A stretch of 32,000 bases of DNA from Candidatus Nitrosopumilus koreensis AR1 (GCF_000299365.1 NC_018655.1:660001-692000), one strand, 5' to 3'. Positions 8,703 to 16,227 are shown, counted from the stretch's first letter. Numbers and translations are program-made. Notes: generated from the sequence alone by a model not told the origin.

Positions 8703-8920
8703 GTAATTGGAGAGCCTCCATCATATGGGGCAGACCGTGAAAGATCAATTTGATCATCTGTAACTACTTTGATAGAAAAGTTGCTAAGTGTATTTGGAGC
8801 AGTTACTGCACTTGCTTCTGAAGACATTGAAAAAACATTAGCTATTGAAATAATAGATGATGCCAAAAATTTTGTTTGTAAGATGTTCCATATACTTTTA
8901 CAATTATAAATTTGAGTCAA
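8699..8920 (-). pseudogene. N-terminal remnant of a secreted fibronectin-type-III-like protein
   Basis: 73 aa. A signal-like segment (FLASSIISIANVFSMSSEASA) is followed by NFSIKVVTDDQIDLSRSAPYDGGSPIT, the first two strands of an FN3 domain (..W..P.ddGGspIt). It then hits a TGA and the sequence continues as unrelated coding. Confidence 0.45.
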
Positions 8921-9075
8921 CTTGTTTTAATTCGGAAAAATAGTAATTAAGAAAGGCTGACATGTTAGTTAGTATAGCATACATGTTTGTTAGCGTAATT
9001 TACAAATTTTGGAATATTGTATCTAGAGGGCTATTGACAACTATTATTTATAAAATAAAATTTTGCAATTAAGGA

Positions 9076-9180
9076 AGGGGGCTTTGCCTTTTTACTCTTT
9101 ATCAATAAAAGGCACTATTCTCTTTTTACGAAAAGTTAGCAATAGCCTAAATCATAATGGGTGTGCGGTTTGTTGGAAAA
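9076..9180 (+). repeat. Intergenic repeat family, copy F (hairpin subtype)
   Basis: gggggctttgcctttttactctttatcaataaaaggcactattc, then tttttacgaaaag, then gggtgtgcggtttgttgg. Ends about 33 nt before the TTG start at 9213. Confidence 0.7.
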
Positions 9181-9212
9181 TCGTTATAATGATAGTATGA
9201 ATTTGTGAAATA

Positions 9213-9524
9213 TTGGGTTCAAAAACAACAATTGGAATTAGTTTGGCAACTGTATTTTTTGGCGTAATTGCATTAATCTGGTTTACTGGATACAGTTCTG
9301 ACCATATTGAAAATGCAAATAGAAACTTGATGACAGCTCATGAAGAATTGAATAGAATTGTTGATGAGGCAATCATTCATTGTCAAACTGACGGTACTGG
9401 ATGTGATACAATAATGCCTCAGTGGTTAGAAGAATGCAAAAAACCTGAGATGGAAAAAATTGCATCTTGTCATGATGGCCGAATCGAGCAACTAGTTCAA
9501 CAACCCATTACCATGACAAAATAA
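9213..9524 (+). CDS. Small N-terminally anchored Cys-containing protein
   Basis: 103 aa with a TTG start, one TM segment (ISLATVFFGVIALIWF) and 4 Cys in the soluble part. Confidence 0.5.
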   Translation: MGSKTTIGISLATVFFGVIALIWFTGYSSDHIENANRNLMTAHEELNRIVDEAIIHCQTDGTGCDTIMPQWLEECKKPEMEKIASCHDGRIEQLVQQPITMTK

Positions 9525-9559
9525 TGCTCTTTGATTTAACCTTGATCGTATTTACCAAA

Positions 9560-9970
9560 TTACAAAACGGCAGAGCCCTTTCCAAAATACGCCTTGACAT
9601 GCGGCCTGAACAAATAGTACAGGATTACAATGTCAATTATCAGGCCAATCACATTCATTGATGGCAGGTCCACAATCAAAGAAATTATGGTCAGAATCAG
9701 CGTTATGGTCCAGGCCCACGACTTTCCGCGGAGCAGCCCCCAGGCCATTACAAAAGAGGCAACACCAAGTACAATCATTGCGGCACTACCTGCACCCATT
9801 GCACCGCCGCCAAGATTCATTCCCATCGAACCCATCATTGTTCCAAAGAATGCTCCGACTGCTATTGCTATGGCACCGGAGACTATCTCAAGTATTGCAA
9901 TGATTGTCACCCCGACTGGTCTTGTTCTGGCAGACAACTCTTTTGGTGGGGGATGGATTGTAATAAGCAT
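9560..9970 (-). CDS. Gly/Ala/Met-rich integral membrane protein
   Basis: 136 aa with 4 hydrophobic segments and an LLRGKSWAW motif. Both opposite-strand ORFs have low-complexity composition. Confidence 0.7.
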   Translation of the reverse strand: MLITIHPPPKELSARTRPVGVTIIAILEIVSGAIAIAVGAFFGTMMGSMGMNLGGGAMGAGSAAMIVLGVASFVMAWGLLRGKSWAWTITLILTIISLIVDLPSMNVIGLIIDIVILYYLFRPHVKAYFGKGSAVL

Positions 9971-10095
9971 TCATAACATCATATGGGATGAATTATTTTT
10001 TCATATGGTATGTTCTTGACAGATTGGAATAATTAATTTTATCACTTTATCAGCAATTATACAACACAGTAACTGAATTTAGAATCATTAAATAC

Positions 10096-10554
10096 ATGTC
10101 CATATACAAACATGATAAAAACATGGCAGTAATTAAGAAGCAAAATTCAAAGGTAAGAAAAGATAAAAATTCTAAAAATATTAAAAAAACACTAAAAACA
10201 AAAACCAACCCCAACACAAAGAAACTTACAAAACATGTTATCTGGATGGAGAAAAAAGGCAGGGTTAAAAAAAATAATGACTTGGATCTTAAAGAAAAAT
10301 TTAGGAAGGAATTAGAAAAAAAGCAATTTGAACCAAGCATGAAGATGTTAATTCGCATAACAGAATCCATAAAACAAAAAGGTTCTAGAAACAAGACAAC
10401 GCTATCGCGCGACACCAAGACAAACTATACAAGACTTACAAAACATGTTGTCTGGATGGAGAAAAAAGGCCTTGTGGAATCAGAAATAAAAAATCATAGT
10501 ATTGCTATTGCTTTAACTAGTAAAGGCAGATTCTTTGTAGATACAATTTTGTAA
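10096..10554 (+). CDS. Lys-rich winged-helix DNA-binding protein with internal partial duplication
   Basis: 152 aa. The C-terminal ~70 aa (MLIRITESIKQKGSRNKTTLSRDTKTNYTRLTKHVVWMEKKGLVESEIKNHSIAIALTSKGRFFVDTIL) looks like a wHTH domain. The recognition-helix segment LTKHVIWMEKKG is duplicated 70 codons upstream. Confidence 0.6.
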   Translation: MSIYKHDKNMAVIKKQNSKVRKDKNSKNIKKTLKTKTNPNTKKLTKHVIWMEKKGRVKKNNDLDLKEKFRKELEKKQFEPSMKMLIRITESIKQKGSRNKTTLSRDTKTNYTRLTKHVVWMEKKGLVESEIKNHSIAIALTSKGRFFVDTIL

Positions 10555-10636
10555 TGAATAATTAGTAAGTTAAACTTACATATGTGTAAGCTATACTTAA
10601 CTATTTTACAGATTATAACTAAATGATCAACAATTT

Positions 10637-11194
10637 ATGAAAAAACTAGTATGTGATACAGATGTACAACGAGAACCTCAAGTGATCATTTGGAACAACA
10701 CTCAAATCTTAAAATGGAGTGATTTTAAAAAAAAATCCGATCCTGACTCAGAGGCATCAGCTAATGCAGCAATAGGGTTTGAGTCAAAACCCATAATTGA
10801 ATATCTCAAAGTGGGAAAGCAACTCAAATATAAAATCAAAGATTTGCAATTAAATGCAATTTTCATTCCTAATTTATCTTGGGTAACAAAAAATATCAAT
10901 CTAAAAGAAGGGAATTTACTTTTAAAACATGAACAGGGTCATTTTGATCTAGCAGAAGAAGTCATTAGAAAAATTAAAAATAAATCAACAGGCATTTACA
11001 AAGTATTTACGATCAAAGAAAAAAATAAGAATAATATGAAAGAAGCAACATTGCAAGTAAATAAAATAAGAGATGACATCGAATCAGAACTACAAAATGA
11101 GTTTAATATCCAAGAATCAAAATATGATAATAAAACTAATCATGGATTGATCAAAATACATCAAAAAAATATAATAAAAGATTCAAAAAACTAA
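10637..11194 (+). CDS. DUF922-like putative Zn-dependent metalloprotease
   Basis: 185 aa. The HExxH motif sits in LLLKHEQGHFDLAEE, the context I associate with DUF922. Confidence 0.55.
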   Translation: MKKLVCDTDVQREPQVIIWNNTQILKWSDFKKKSDPDSEASANAAIGFESKPIIEYLKVGKQLKYKIKDLQLNAIFIPNLSWVTKNINLKEGNLLLKHEQGHFDLAEEVIRKIKNKSTGIYKVFTIKEKNKNNMKEATLQVNKIRDDIESELQNEFNIQESKYDNKTNHGLIKIHQKNIIKDSKN

Positions 11195-11415
11195 GACTAA
11201 ATTAATCAAGATCAAAGAATATTTGCACATCAAAGATGGAACCGTACTAATCTGTTTTAAGAATAATTTATACTCAATACTAAAAAATGAACTAATTCCA
11301 CAGTTTTAGAATATTGTTAGTGGGCTAGAATCTATGTTTAAGTGGAGATTTAGAATAAAATCAAGCATGTGCATTGTTGGAAATTAGTTATTAATGGATT
11401 ATTCAAATTCGATTT

Positions 11416-11799
11416 ATGGCAAATGTTGAATTGATAAAACAGTTCTATCATGCTTTTAAAAACAAAGACAAGGAAACGTACCTTGGACTGTGTGATGAAA
11501 ATATCACATGGCAGCTATCTGAAGGAATGCCAAATGGCGGAGTATACGTAGGAAAAGATGCAGTTTTCAAAGAATACTTTCCAAAAATGCTATCAAACTT
11601 TAAAGAATTTCATGCCATTCCTGAACAGTTCACAGACATGAAAGACCATGTAATGGTAAATGGAATGTATTCTGGAATCTCAAATACGGGAAAATCATTT
11701 GAGGTTGCTTTTTCTCATGTTTATCACATTCAAGATGACAAAATAATTCAGTTTAGACAGTTTACTGACACTCAAAAAATCCAAGAATCATTAAAGTAA
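11416..11799 (+). CDS. SnoaL-like / NTF2-superfamily protein
   Basis: 127 aa. The N-terminus ELIKQFYHAFKNKDKETYLGLCDENITW..G..YVGKDAVFKEYF is typical of SnoaL-like domains. Confidence 0.75.
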   Translation: MANVELIKQFYHAFKNKDKETYLGLCDENITWQLSEGMPNGGVYVGKDAVFKEYFPKMLSNFKEFHAIPEQFTDMKDHVMVNGMYSGISNTGKSFEVAFSHVYHIQDDKIIQFRQFTDTQKIQESLK

Positions 11800-12228
11800 T
11801 TTTTTTGTCTATGGGATTAGAGAATTTCTTCCACTTACCATTCTTGGTCTGGATTCTCTAGCTGACTCCATTTGCTTTCAATTCTTTTGAATATCTTTTT
11901 TTGTTTACTTAATAATTGGAACATGACTCCATTATGCAAAATTTGTATTTAACCGCCACGTAGGAATTATCCTGTTGCATTCTGAACATCTTGTTTTTCT
12001 TAGATTGTCTTGTGATCTCTTGTATTCTCTTAAACGAGTCTTAATTCCTCTTATTTTCTCTTAGAAAATGCTTGAATCTGCTGTATTGTGATAGTTTTTG
12101 CTTAAACTGTGCCTAATTTCAGTCACAAACAAACCTGATTTTAGTAAAATCAAGTGAAATTAAGATATTTTAAGAAATTAAGAGATTACACAAACTTAAG
12201 TATCTTTTATTATAGAAATCGATTAAAA

Positions 12229-12408
12229 ATGGCTGCCAAAACAAAACCAAAAACTCCAAAAAAAGTTACCAAAGTCAAATCTATGCAAGATGCAAAAAAT
12301 AAAATTTATTCAAGAATTAAAAAAGGTGAAAATTTCAGTGAGATTGTCAAGACCAAATTTGACATTAATGGCAGTACAGTCAAAAATGGCCTGAATCTTA
12401 AATTCTAG
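12229..12408 (+). CDS. Small Lys-rich protein (59 aa)
   Basis: ATG 12229 lies within track ORF 12154..12408 and opens MAAKTKPKTPKKVTKVK. The upstream GTG-initiated part looks non-coding. Confidence 0.5.
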   Translation: MAAKTKPKTPKKVTKVKSMQDAKNKIYSRIKKGENFSEIVKTKFDINGSTVKNGLNLKF

Positions 12409-12534
12409 AATTATTCTTCAACAAATATCCAAGATAATCCTCTAACTTCTTCCCAAGATTGATTTGAATTATTATCTTTCATGATGTTTGTTGTGCATAA
12501 ATTGTTTATAATACTCATGAATGATTTGTTCAGA

Positions 12535-12655
12535 TCATTGATCCATGTTGAATTCAAATTGCTCCCAATAATGGTTCGGGCCTCTAAGGATTCACATTTT
12601 GTAGAATTGAACTGAAATACTAGACTCTTTGATTGCCTGATGATTAAATAGAATT
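12535..12655 (+). repeat. Intergenic repeat family, copy D
   Basis: gatccatgttgaattcaaattgctcccaataatggttcgggcctctaaggattcaca...agactctttgattgcctgatgatt. Ends about 17 nt before the pirin GTG. Confidence 0.6.
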
Positions 12656-12671
12656 ATTTTGTATAACAACT

Positions 12672-13553
12672 GTGTCATCATCTAAAAAAGAAAGAATCAT
12701 CTCTGAAATTATAACAGCTAAAACCACGACTGAGGGTGATGGCTTTCAAGTCAATAGACCATTTCCAAATTATGCAGTAAGAGATTTTGATCCTTTTTTA
12801 CTTCTTGATGAAATGGGTCCTGTAAATTATGCTCCAGATGAAGCAAAGGGTGCATCCCCTCATCCTCATAGGGGATTTGAGACAGTAACATACATGATTG
12901 ATGGTGCATTTGAACACAAAGACTCGCAAGGAAATTCTGGAAAACTATTTCCAGGAGATGTGCAATGGATGACTGCAGGCTCTGGAGTAATTCATTCTGA
13001 ACTACCTGAAAAAGAATTTGCAAAAAAAGGTGGAAGGTTTCATGGATTGCAACTATGGGTAAATCTGCCGAAAAAAGAAAAGATGATTCCTCCAAGATAC
13101 CAGGAAATTTCTTCAAATGACATTCCTGTTGTAAAAACAGATGATGGCTCTGTTCAAGTTAAGATAATTGCAGGAGAATCAATGGGGAAAAAAGCAGTAA
13201 TTGATACAAAAATTCCAATAATTTATCTGCATTTCACGCTTCAACCAAATGCAACATTTATTCAAAATGTGCCTCAAAATTACAATGCATTTGCATATGT
13301 GATAAAAGGAGATGCGATGTTTGGAAATGAAAAAATTCTTGCAAAGCAAAATCAAGCCGTATTTTTTGATCAAATAGGAGAAAATATTGCTATTTCAAGT
13401 GATAGTGATCCAACCGAAGTGCTACTAATTGCAGGTGTGCCAATTAATGAGCCTGTAAAACGATATGGTCCGTTTGTAATGAACACTGATGATGAATTAC
13501 AACAAGCCGTAAAAGATTTCCAAAATGGTAAAATGGGAAAAATTGATTTTTAG
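12672..13553 (+). CDS. Pirin family protein
   Basis: 293 aa. DPFLLLDEMGP, HPHRGFETVTYMIDGAFEHKDSQGN and VQWMTAGSGVIHSE are the canonical pirin N-terminal cupin blocks. Confidence 0.9.
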   Translation: MSSSKKERIISEIITAKTTTEGDGFQVNRPFPNYAVRDFDPFLLLDEMGPVNYAPDEAKGASPHPHRGFETVTYMIDGAFEHKDSQGNSGKLFPGDVQWMTAGSGVIHSELPEKEFAKKGGRFHGLQLWVNLPKKEKMIPPRYQEISSNDIPVVKTDDGSVQVKIIAGESMGKKAVIDTKIPIIYLHFTLQPNATFIQNVPQNYNAFAYVIKGDAMFGNEKILAKQNQAVFFDQIGENIAISSDSDPTEVLLIAGVPINEPVKRYGPFVMNTDDELQQAVKDFQNGKMGKIDF

Positions 13554-13623
13554 AATAATTGAAAAAGTCTTGATACGCAATTAGTAAAAAACTCAGGTAA
13601 TAATGAAGAATTTTTTAAATGAT

Positions 13624-14016
13624 TTATGGATTAATTGTTTTGTGTATATCATTCAAAGATTGAATTATCTCATCAATTATTGGTTCTACCTTCATAGTAG
13701 TTTCTGCAGAAATCAATACAAGATAATTGTTAACAGGAATAGTGATTATCTTTATGTTTTTTCTTTTTGAAACTATGTAATCCAGAGGACCCAAAGTGCC
13801 ATCAAGATCATTTTTCATGAATAATTCTAGTGCGTGCTCCATACAGATCTTGTATTGGTCTAGCTTTGCCATTGGCACCACTCCTTTTTTGTAATCTCCT
13901 ACAACAAGATTACCCATGTTGTCTATGACTCCAACAAATCTAATTTCTGGAAAACTCAGAATATACTTACTTGCAGATTCCCACTGGGAATTATTTTCAA
14001 ATGTTGATTTTAACAC
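13624..14016 (-). CDS. Hypothetical protein (130 aa)
   Basis: Clean ORF with globular composition. IRFVGVIDNMGNLVVG is vaguely Roadblock/LC7-like. No firm assignment. Confidence 0.6.
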   Translation of the reverse strand: MLKSTFENNSQWESASKYILSFPEIRFVGVIDNMGNLVVGDYKKGVVPMAKLDQYKICMEHALELFMKNDLDGTLGPLDYIVSKRKNIKIITIPVNNYLVLISAETTMKVEPIIDEIIQSLNDIHKTINP

Positions 14017-14098
14017 AACATTATATGATTAACATGCGTATTAAGACTTTAAAGGAATGATTTAGAAAAATCTAAAAATTGATTATGTGTGAATATCA

Positions 14099-14248
14099 TT
14101 AATATGCAGTATCATGATTCTCTGACAAGTCATATCCTCCACCCTGTTCCAAATCATTTGATTCTATCTGAGGATCATCGTCTTGCATTTCACCTAGTTC
14201 TAGGTTTTTCCATTCTTTTTCTAATTTCGTTGCTTGTTTCTTTAACAT
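14099..14248 (-). CDS. Small acidic protein (49 aa)
   Basis: MLKKQATKLEKEWKNLELGEMQDDDPQIESNDLEQGGGYDLSENHDTAY. The ATG lies exactly 24 nt downstream of promoter-module copy c3. Confidence 0.4.
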   Translation of the reverse strand: MLKKQATKLEKEWKNLELGEMQDDDPQIESNDLEQGGGYDLSENHDTAY

Positions 14249-14340
14249 AATCTTATGTAGTGAAATACACAATTAAACAGAACTGATATTATTGTACATT
14301 AGATGTACAAAACCATCAGCATTTTCTAAATACATACTTG
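14249..14340 (-). promoter_or_regulatory. Conserved promoter/leader module, copy c3 (inverted orientation)
   Basis: The reverse complement reads gtatttagaaaatgctgatggttttgtacatctaatgtacaataatatcagttctgtttaa, followed by 24 nt (containing tttcacta) and then ATG 14248(-). Confidence 0.55.
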
Positions 14341-14355
14341 TTATTGTAGTGATGA

Positions 14356-14574
14356 TTGAAACCATCAAAATATGAAAAAGATGTGACTGACACCATGACT
14401 GACACCATGACTGACACCATGACTGACACCATGACTGACACCATGACTGACACCATGACTGACACCGTGACTGACACCGTGACTGACACCGTGACTGACA
14501 CTGTGGCTGACAGTAATGCAATACTGCATCATCTCAATATTGATCCTGCCAGTTCAGATGATGATTGGGACTAG
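14356..14574 (+). CDS. Possible repeat protein (TDTM x6, TDTV x3-4) with acidic C-terminus
   Basis: 72 aa with a TTG start. Five track ORFs in different frames span the repeat, so coding status and frame are uncertain. Confidence 0.35.
   Translation: MKPSKYEKDVTDTMTDTMTDTMTDTMTDTMTDTMTDTVTDTVTDTVTDTVADSNAILHHLNIDPASSDDDWD
14385..14516. repeat. 12-bp tandem repeat, about 11 units
   Basis: gactgacaccat x6, gactgacaccgt x3, then gactgacactgt and ggctgacagtaa. Read directly from the sequence. Confidence 0.95.
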
Positions 14575-14807
14575 TCTCTAAACCATTTGGATTTGCATCT
14601 TTGATGGTCTCAAAATCAAAATTATTTGATGTTTTTTCTTAGGGACTCATTAACCACTCTGGAGAAACTTGCTGTCTTCTCGCTGATTACATGAATGCTT
14701 TATTTTTTATTTTAGGGCATATAATGTCAAAGTAAACAAATGACTGAGACTTAAGACCAATACAGGTTGTATACTGGTGAAAGCTTCATCAATCATTACT
14801 ATGGTAT

Positions 14808-14890
14808 GTGAGTATTTGTAGAATGCTGATGGTTTTGTATGTCTTGTTGACACAAACATACGTTTCTCTTAATAGCCTGTTTTATCCATT
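14808..14890 (+). promoter_or_regulatory. Conserved promoter/leader module, copy c1
   Basis: gtgagtatttgtagaatgctgatggttttgtatgtcttgttgacacaaacatacgtttctcttaa matches copy c2 at 59 of 65 positions. It is followed by 18 nt and then ATG 14891. Confidence 0.55.
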
Positions 14891-15031
14891 ATGAACATGT
14901 TAATGAAAAATATCGCAGACTTGGAAAAAACATTAGAAGATAATAATATGGAATTGAATTTAAAATTCCTAAAAACATGCAAGAAGAATACTACACATGC
15001 CATAAAAAAAGAGATAATCCCATATGAATAA
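14891..15031 (+). CDS. Small protein (46 aa)
   Basis: MNMLMKNIADLEKTLEDNNMELNLKFLKTCKKNTTHAIKKEIIPYE. Sits directly behind promoter copy c1 and overlaps the next mini-ORF by 8 nt. Confidence 0.4.
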   Translation: MNMLMKNIADLEKTLEDNNMELNLKFLKTCKKNTTHAIKKEIIPYE

Positions 15032-15143
15032 TTACACATGTACCTGTAATTGTGGGTGTCAAAATTCAACTGGCGAATATCTTTGTCATAATTGTGTAAT
15101 GGGTTTGTGTATTGCAAGCATGAAAAAAGCGGTGATATCTTAA
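15024..15143 (+). CDS. Cys-rich miniprotein (39 aa), CxCxCGC...CxxC type
   Basis: MNNYTCTCNCGCQNSTGEYLCHNCVMGLCIASMKKAVIS. Paralog of 20570..20683 (ICPCKCGCERKISNVYYDTCIFCLLG). Confidence 0.5.
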   Translation: MNNYTCTCNCGCQNSTGEYLCHNCVMGLCIASMKKAVIS

Positions 15144-15247
15144 TTGTTACAATTAAAGCATAAATTAATCAATCATCCATCTTATGTTGTAACAATAATT
15201 ACAATAATAGGGATTTCTATATTGTTTGCTTATTTTGGATGGGAACG

Positions 15248-15337
15248 ATGAATTGTAAGTATTGTAAAAAAGAACTACAAAATAAAATAAAAGAATTTTG
15301 TACACTTGATTGTTTGATTGGATTCCGGAATGTGTAA
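15248..15337 (+). CDS. FCS/MYM-like zinc-finger miniprotein (29 aa)
   Basis: MNCKYCKKELQNKIKEFCTLDCLIGFRNV. Paralog of 25709..25804 (VTCKYCGKDFYHRASTYCSTDCAING). Confidence 0.5.
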   Translation: MNCKYCKKELQNKIKEFCTLDCLIGFRNV

Positions 15338-15426
15338 AACATCATGATTATCAACAAACATGTTCAGACTGTAAGAGAACACATTGCCAAAAAGGATGTA
15401 ACTGTGATTGTCATTGGGAGCAATAA
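15310..15426 (+). CDS. Possible Cys/His-rich mini-ORF (38 aa, TTG start); competes with the alternative frame 15344..15439
   Basis: MFDWIPECVKHHDYQQTCSDCKRTHCQKGCNCDCHWEQ. The other frame gives MIINKHVQTVREHIAKKDVTVIVIGSNKKQF. I cannot choose between them from sequence alone. Confidence 0.25.
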   Translation: MFDWIPECVKHHDYQQTCSDCKRTHCQKGCNCDCHWEQ

Positions 15427-15435
15427 AAAACAATT

Positions 15436-15618
15436 TTGACACACGGTATTTTTACTCAAGAAACATGTACTCATGATGCCAAAGTCAGGATGGCAGGATT
15501 CAAGGACATGTATGAATGCACTAATTGCCATAAATTTATCCCTGGTGTTGAATCAAAAATGATCGATGATAGAGCTCCACAATATTTAGAGAACAATTGG
15601 GAAGATGACTGGAATTAG
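15436..15618 (+). CDS. Zinc-ribbon-like small protein (60 aa)
   Basis: TTG start. Putative metal ligands are C..H...C..C (ETCTHD...ECTNCHKF). Acidic C-terminus NNWEDDWN. Confidence 0.45.
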   Translation: MTHGIFTQETCTHDAKVRMAGFKDMYECTNCHKFIPGVESKMIDDRAPQYLENNWEDDWN

Positions 15619-15707
15619 AAAGTTGTTGTAAATACTCTCTGATTTTGAATAAGTTTGAACCTTCAAAGATTTGAACATTTTTTGGATAAAATTGTTGATT
15701 TGTATTG

Positions 15708-16121
15708 CTATGTTTTGTTTTTCCACGTCTCTTTCCAAGCATCAAAAAATCCTTTCATATAATCAGCATATGCATCTAACAAACTGATGGGTTTTTGGCA
15801 TAGTTTGTGATTTAATGTTGCCTCGAAATTTTTATAATCCGATACAGAGGGTAAAGGACCTTTGAGAAATGTCTCATACTCATCTTTTATTTCTGAAAAT
15901 GAAGAGGTGTTTTCAACATTAATATGTTCAAGCCACAAGGTTGCAAATTCTTTTCTAGTTTTTGTTGAACCATCTTTTGATTTTTCCATTACTTGTGAAT
16001 ATATTTTTTTAATTTCATTTGAAGACTTTTCTAAGGAATTTATAGACTCCTCAAATTTTTCTATGTTTTTATAATATTCATCTTGTAATTTTTTCCAAGA
16101 CATTATTTGAGATGCTTCCAT
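15708..16121 (-). CDS. Hypothetical helical protein (137 aa)
   Basis: Clean ORF with helical E/K-rich composition. Divergent from the gene at 16228. Confidence 0.65.
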   Translation of the reverse strand: MEASQIMSWKKLQDEYYKNIEKFEESINSLEKSSNEIKKIYSQVMEKSKDGSTKTRKEFATLWLEHINVENTSSFSEIKDEYETFLKGPLPSVSDYKNFEATLNHKLCQKPISLLDAYADYMKGFFDAWKETWKNKT

Positions 16122-16138
16122 ACTGTTGTTAGTACAAC

Positions 16139-16227
16139 GTGAGTATTTGTAAAATGCTGATGGTTTTGTATGTCTTGTTTACATAAACATCAGTTTCACT
16201 TAACTGCTGATTTCACTATGTGGTATT
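16139..16227 (+). promoter_or_regulatory. Conserved promoter/leader module, copy c2
   Basis: gtgagtatttgtaaaatgctgatggttttgtatgtcttgtttacataaacatcagtttcacttaa followed by 24 nt (containing tttcactat) and then ATG 16228. ctgatg and catcag form an inverted repeat around the TATA-like tttacataaa. Confidence 0.6.

Noticed and set aside
9630-10019. Plus ORFs 9630..10019 and 9658..9903
   Set aside because: They are antisense or alternate frames of the Gly/Ala/Met-rich membrane protein. Both are Pro/Ala/Ile-rich mirror frames.
10050-10418. Minus ORF 10050..10418
   Set aside because: It is antisense to the Lys-rich wHTH gene. Its Phe/Leu/Ser-rich content is produced by reading poly-A/K codons backwards.
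12751-13373. Minus ORFs 12751..13116 and 13179..13373
   Set aside because: They lie inside the pirin gene, which has unambiguous family motifs.
14385-14516. CRISPR array?
   Set aside because: The units are contiguous 12-mers with no spacers, which is far too short and too regular for CRISPR.
14273-14521. Minus ORFs 14273..14521 (CQSRCQSW repeats) and 14316..14501 (VSVTVSVM repeats)
   Set aside because: They are products of the 12-bp tandem repeat being stop-free in these minus-strand frames. Their 3' parts run through promoter-module copy c3.
14530-15618. Shared acidic-Trp C-termini (..SSDDDWD at 14574 and ..NNWEDDWN at 15618) as a docking motif
   Set aside because: There are only two instances, one of them in an ORF of doubtful coding status. 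That is too little to call a motif.
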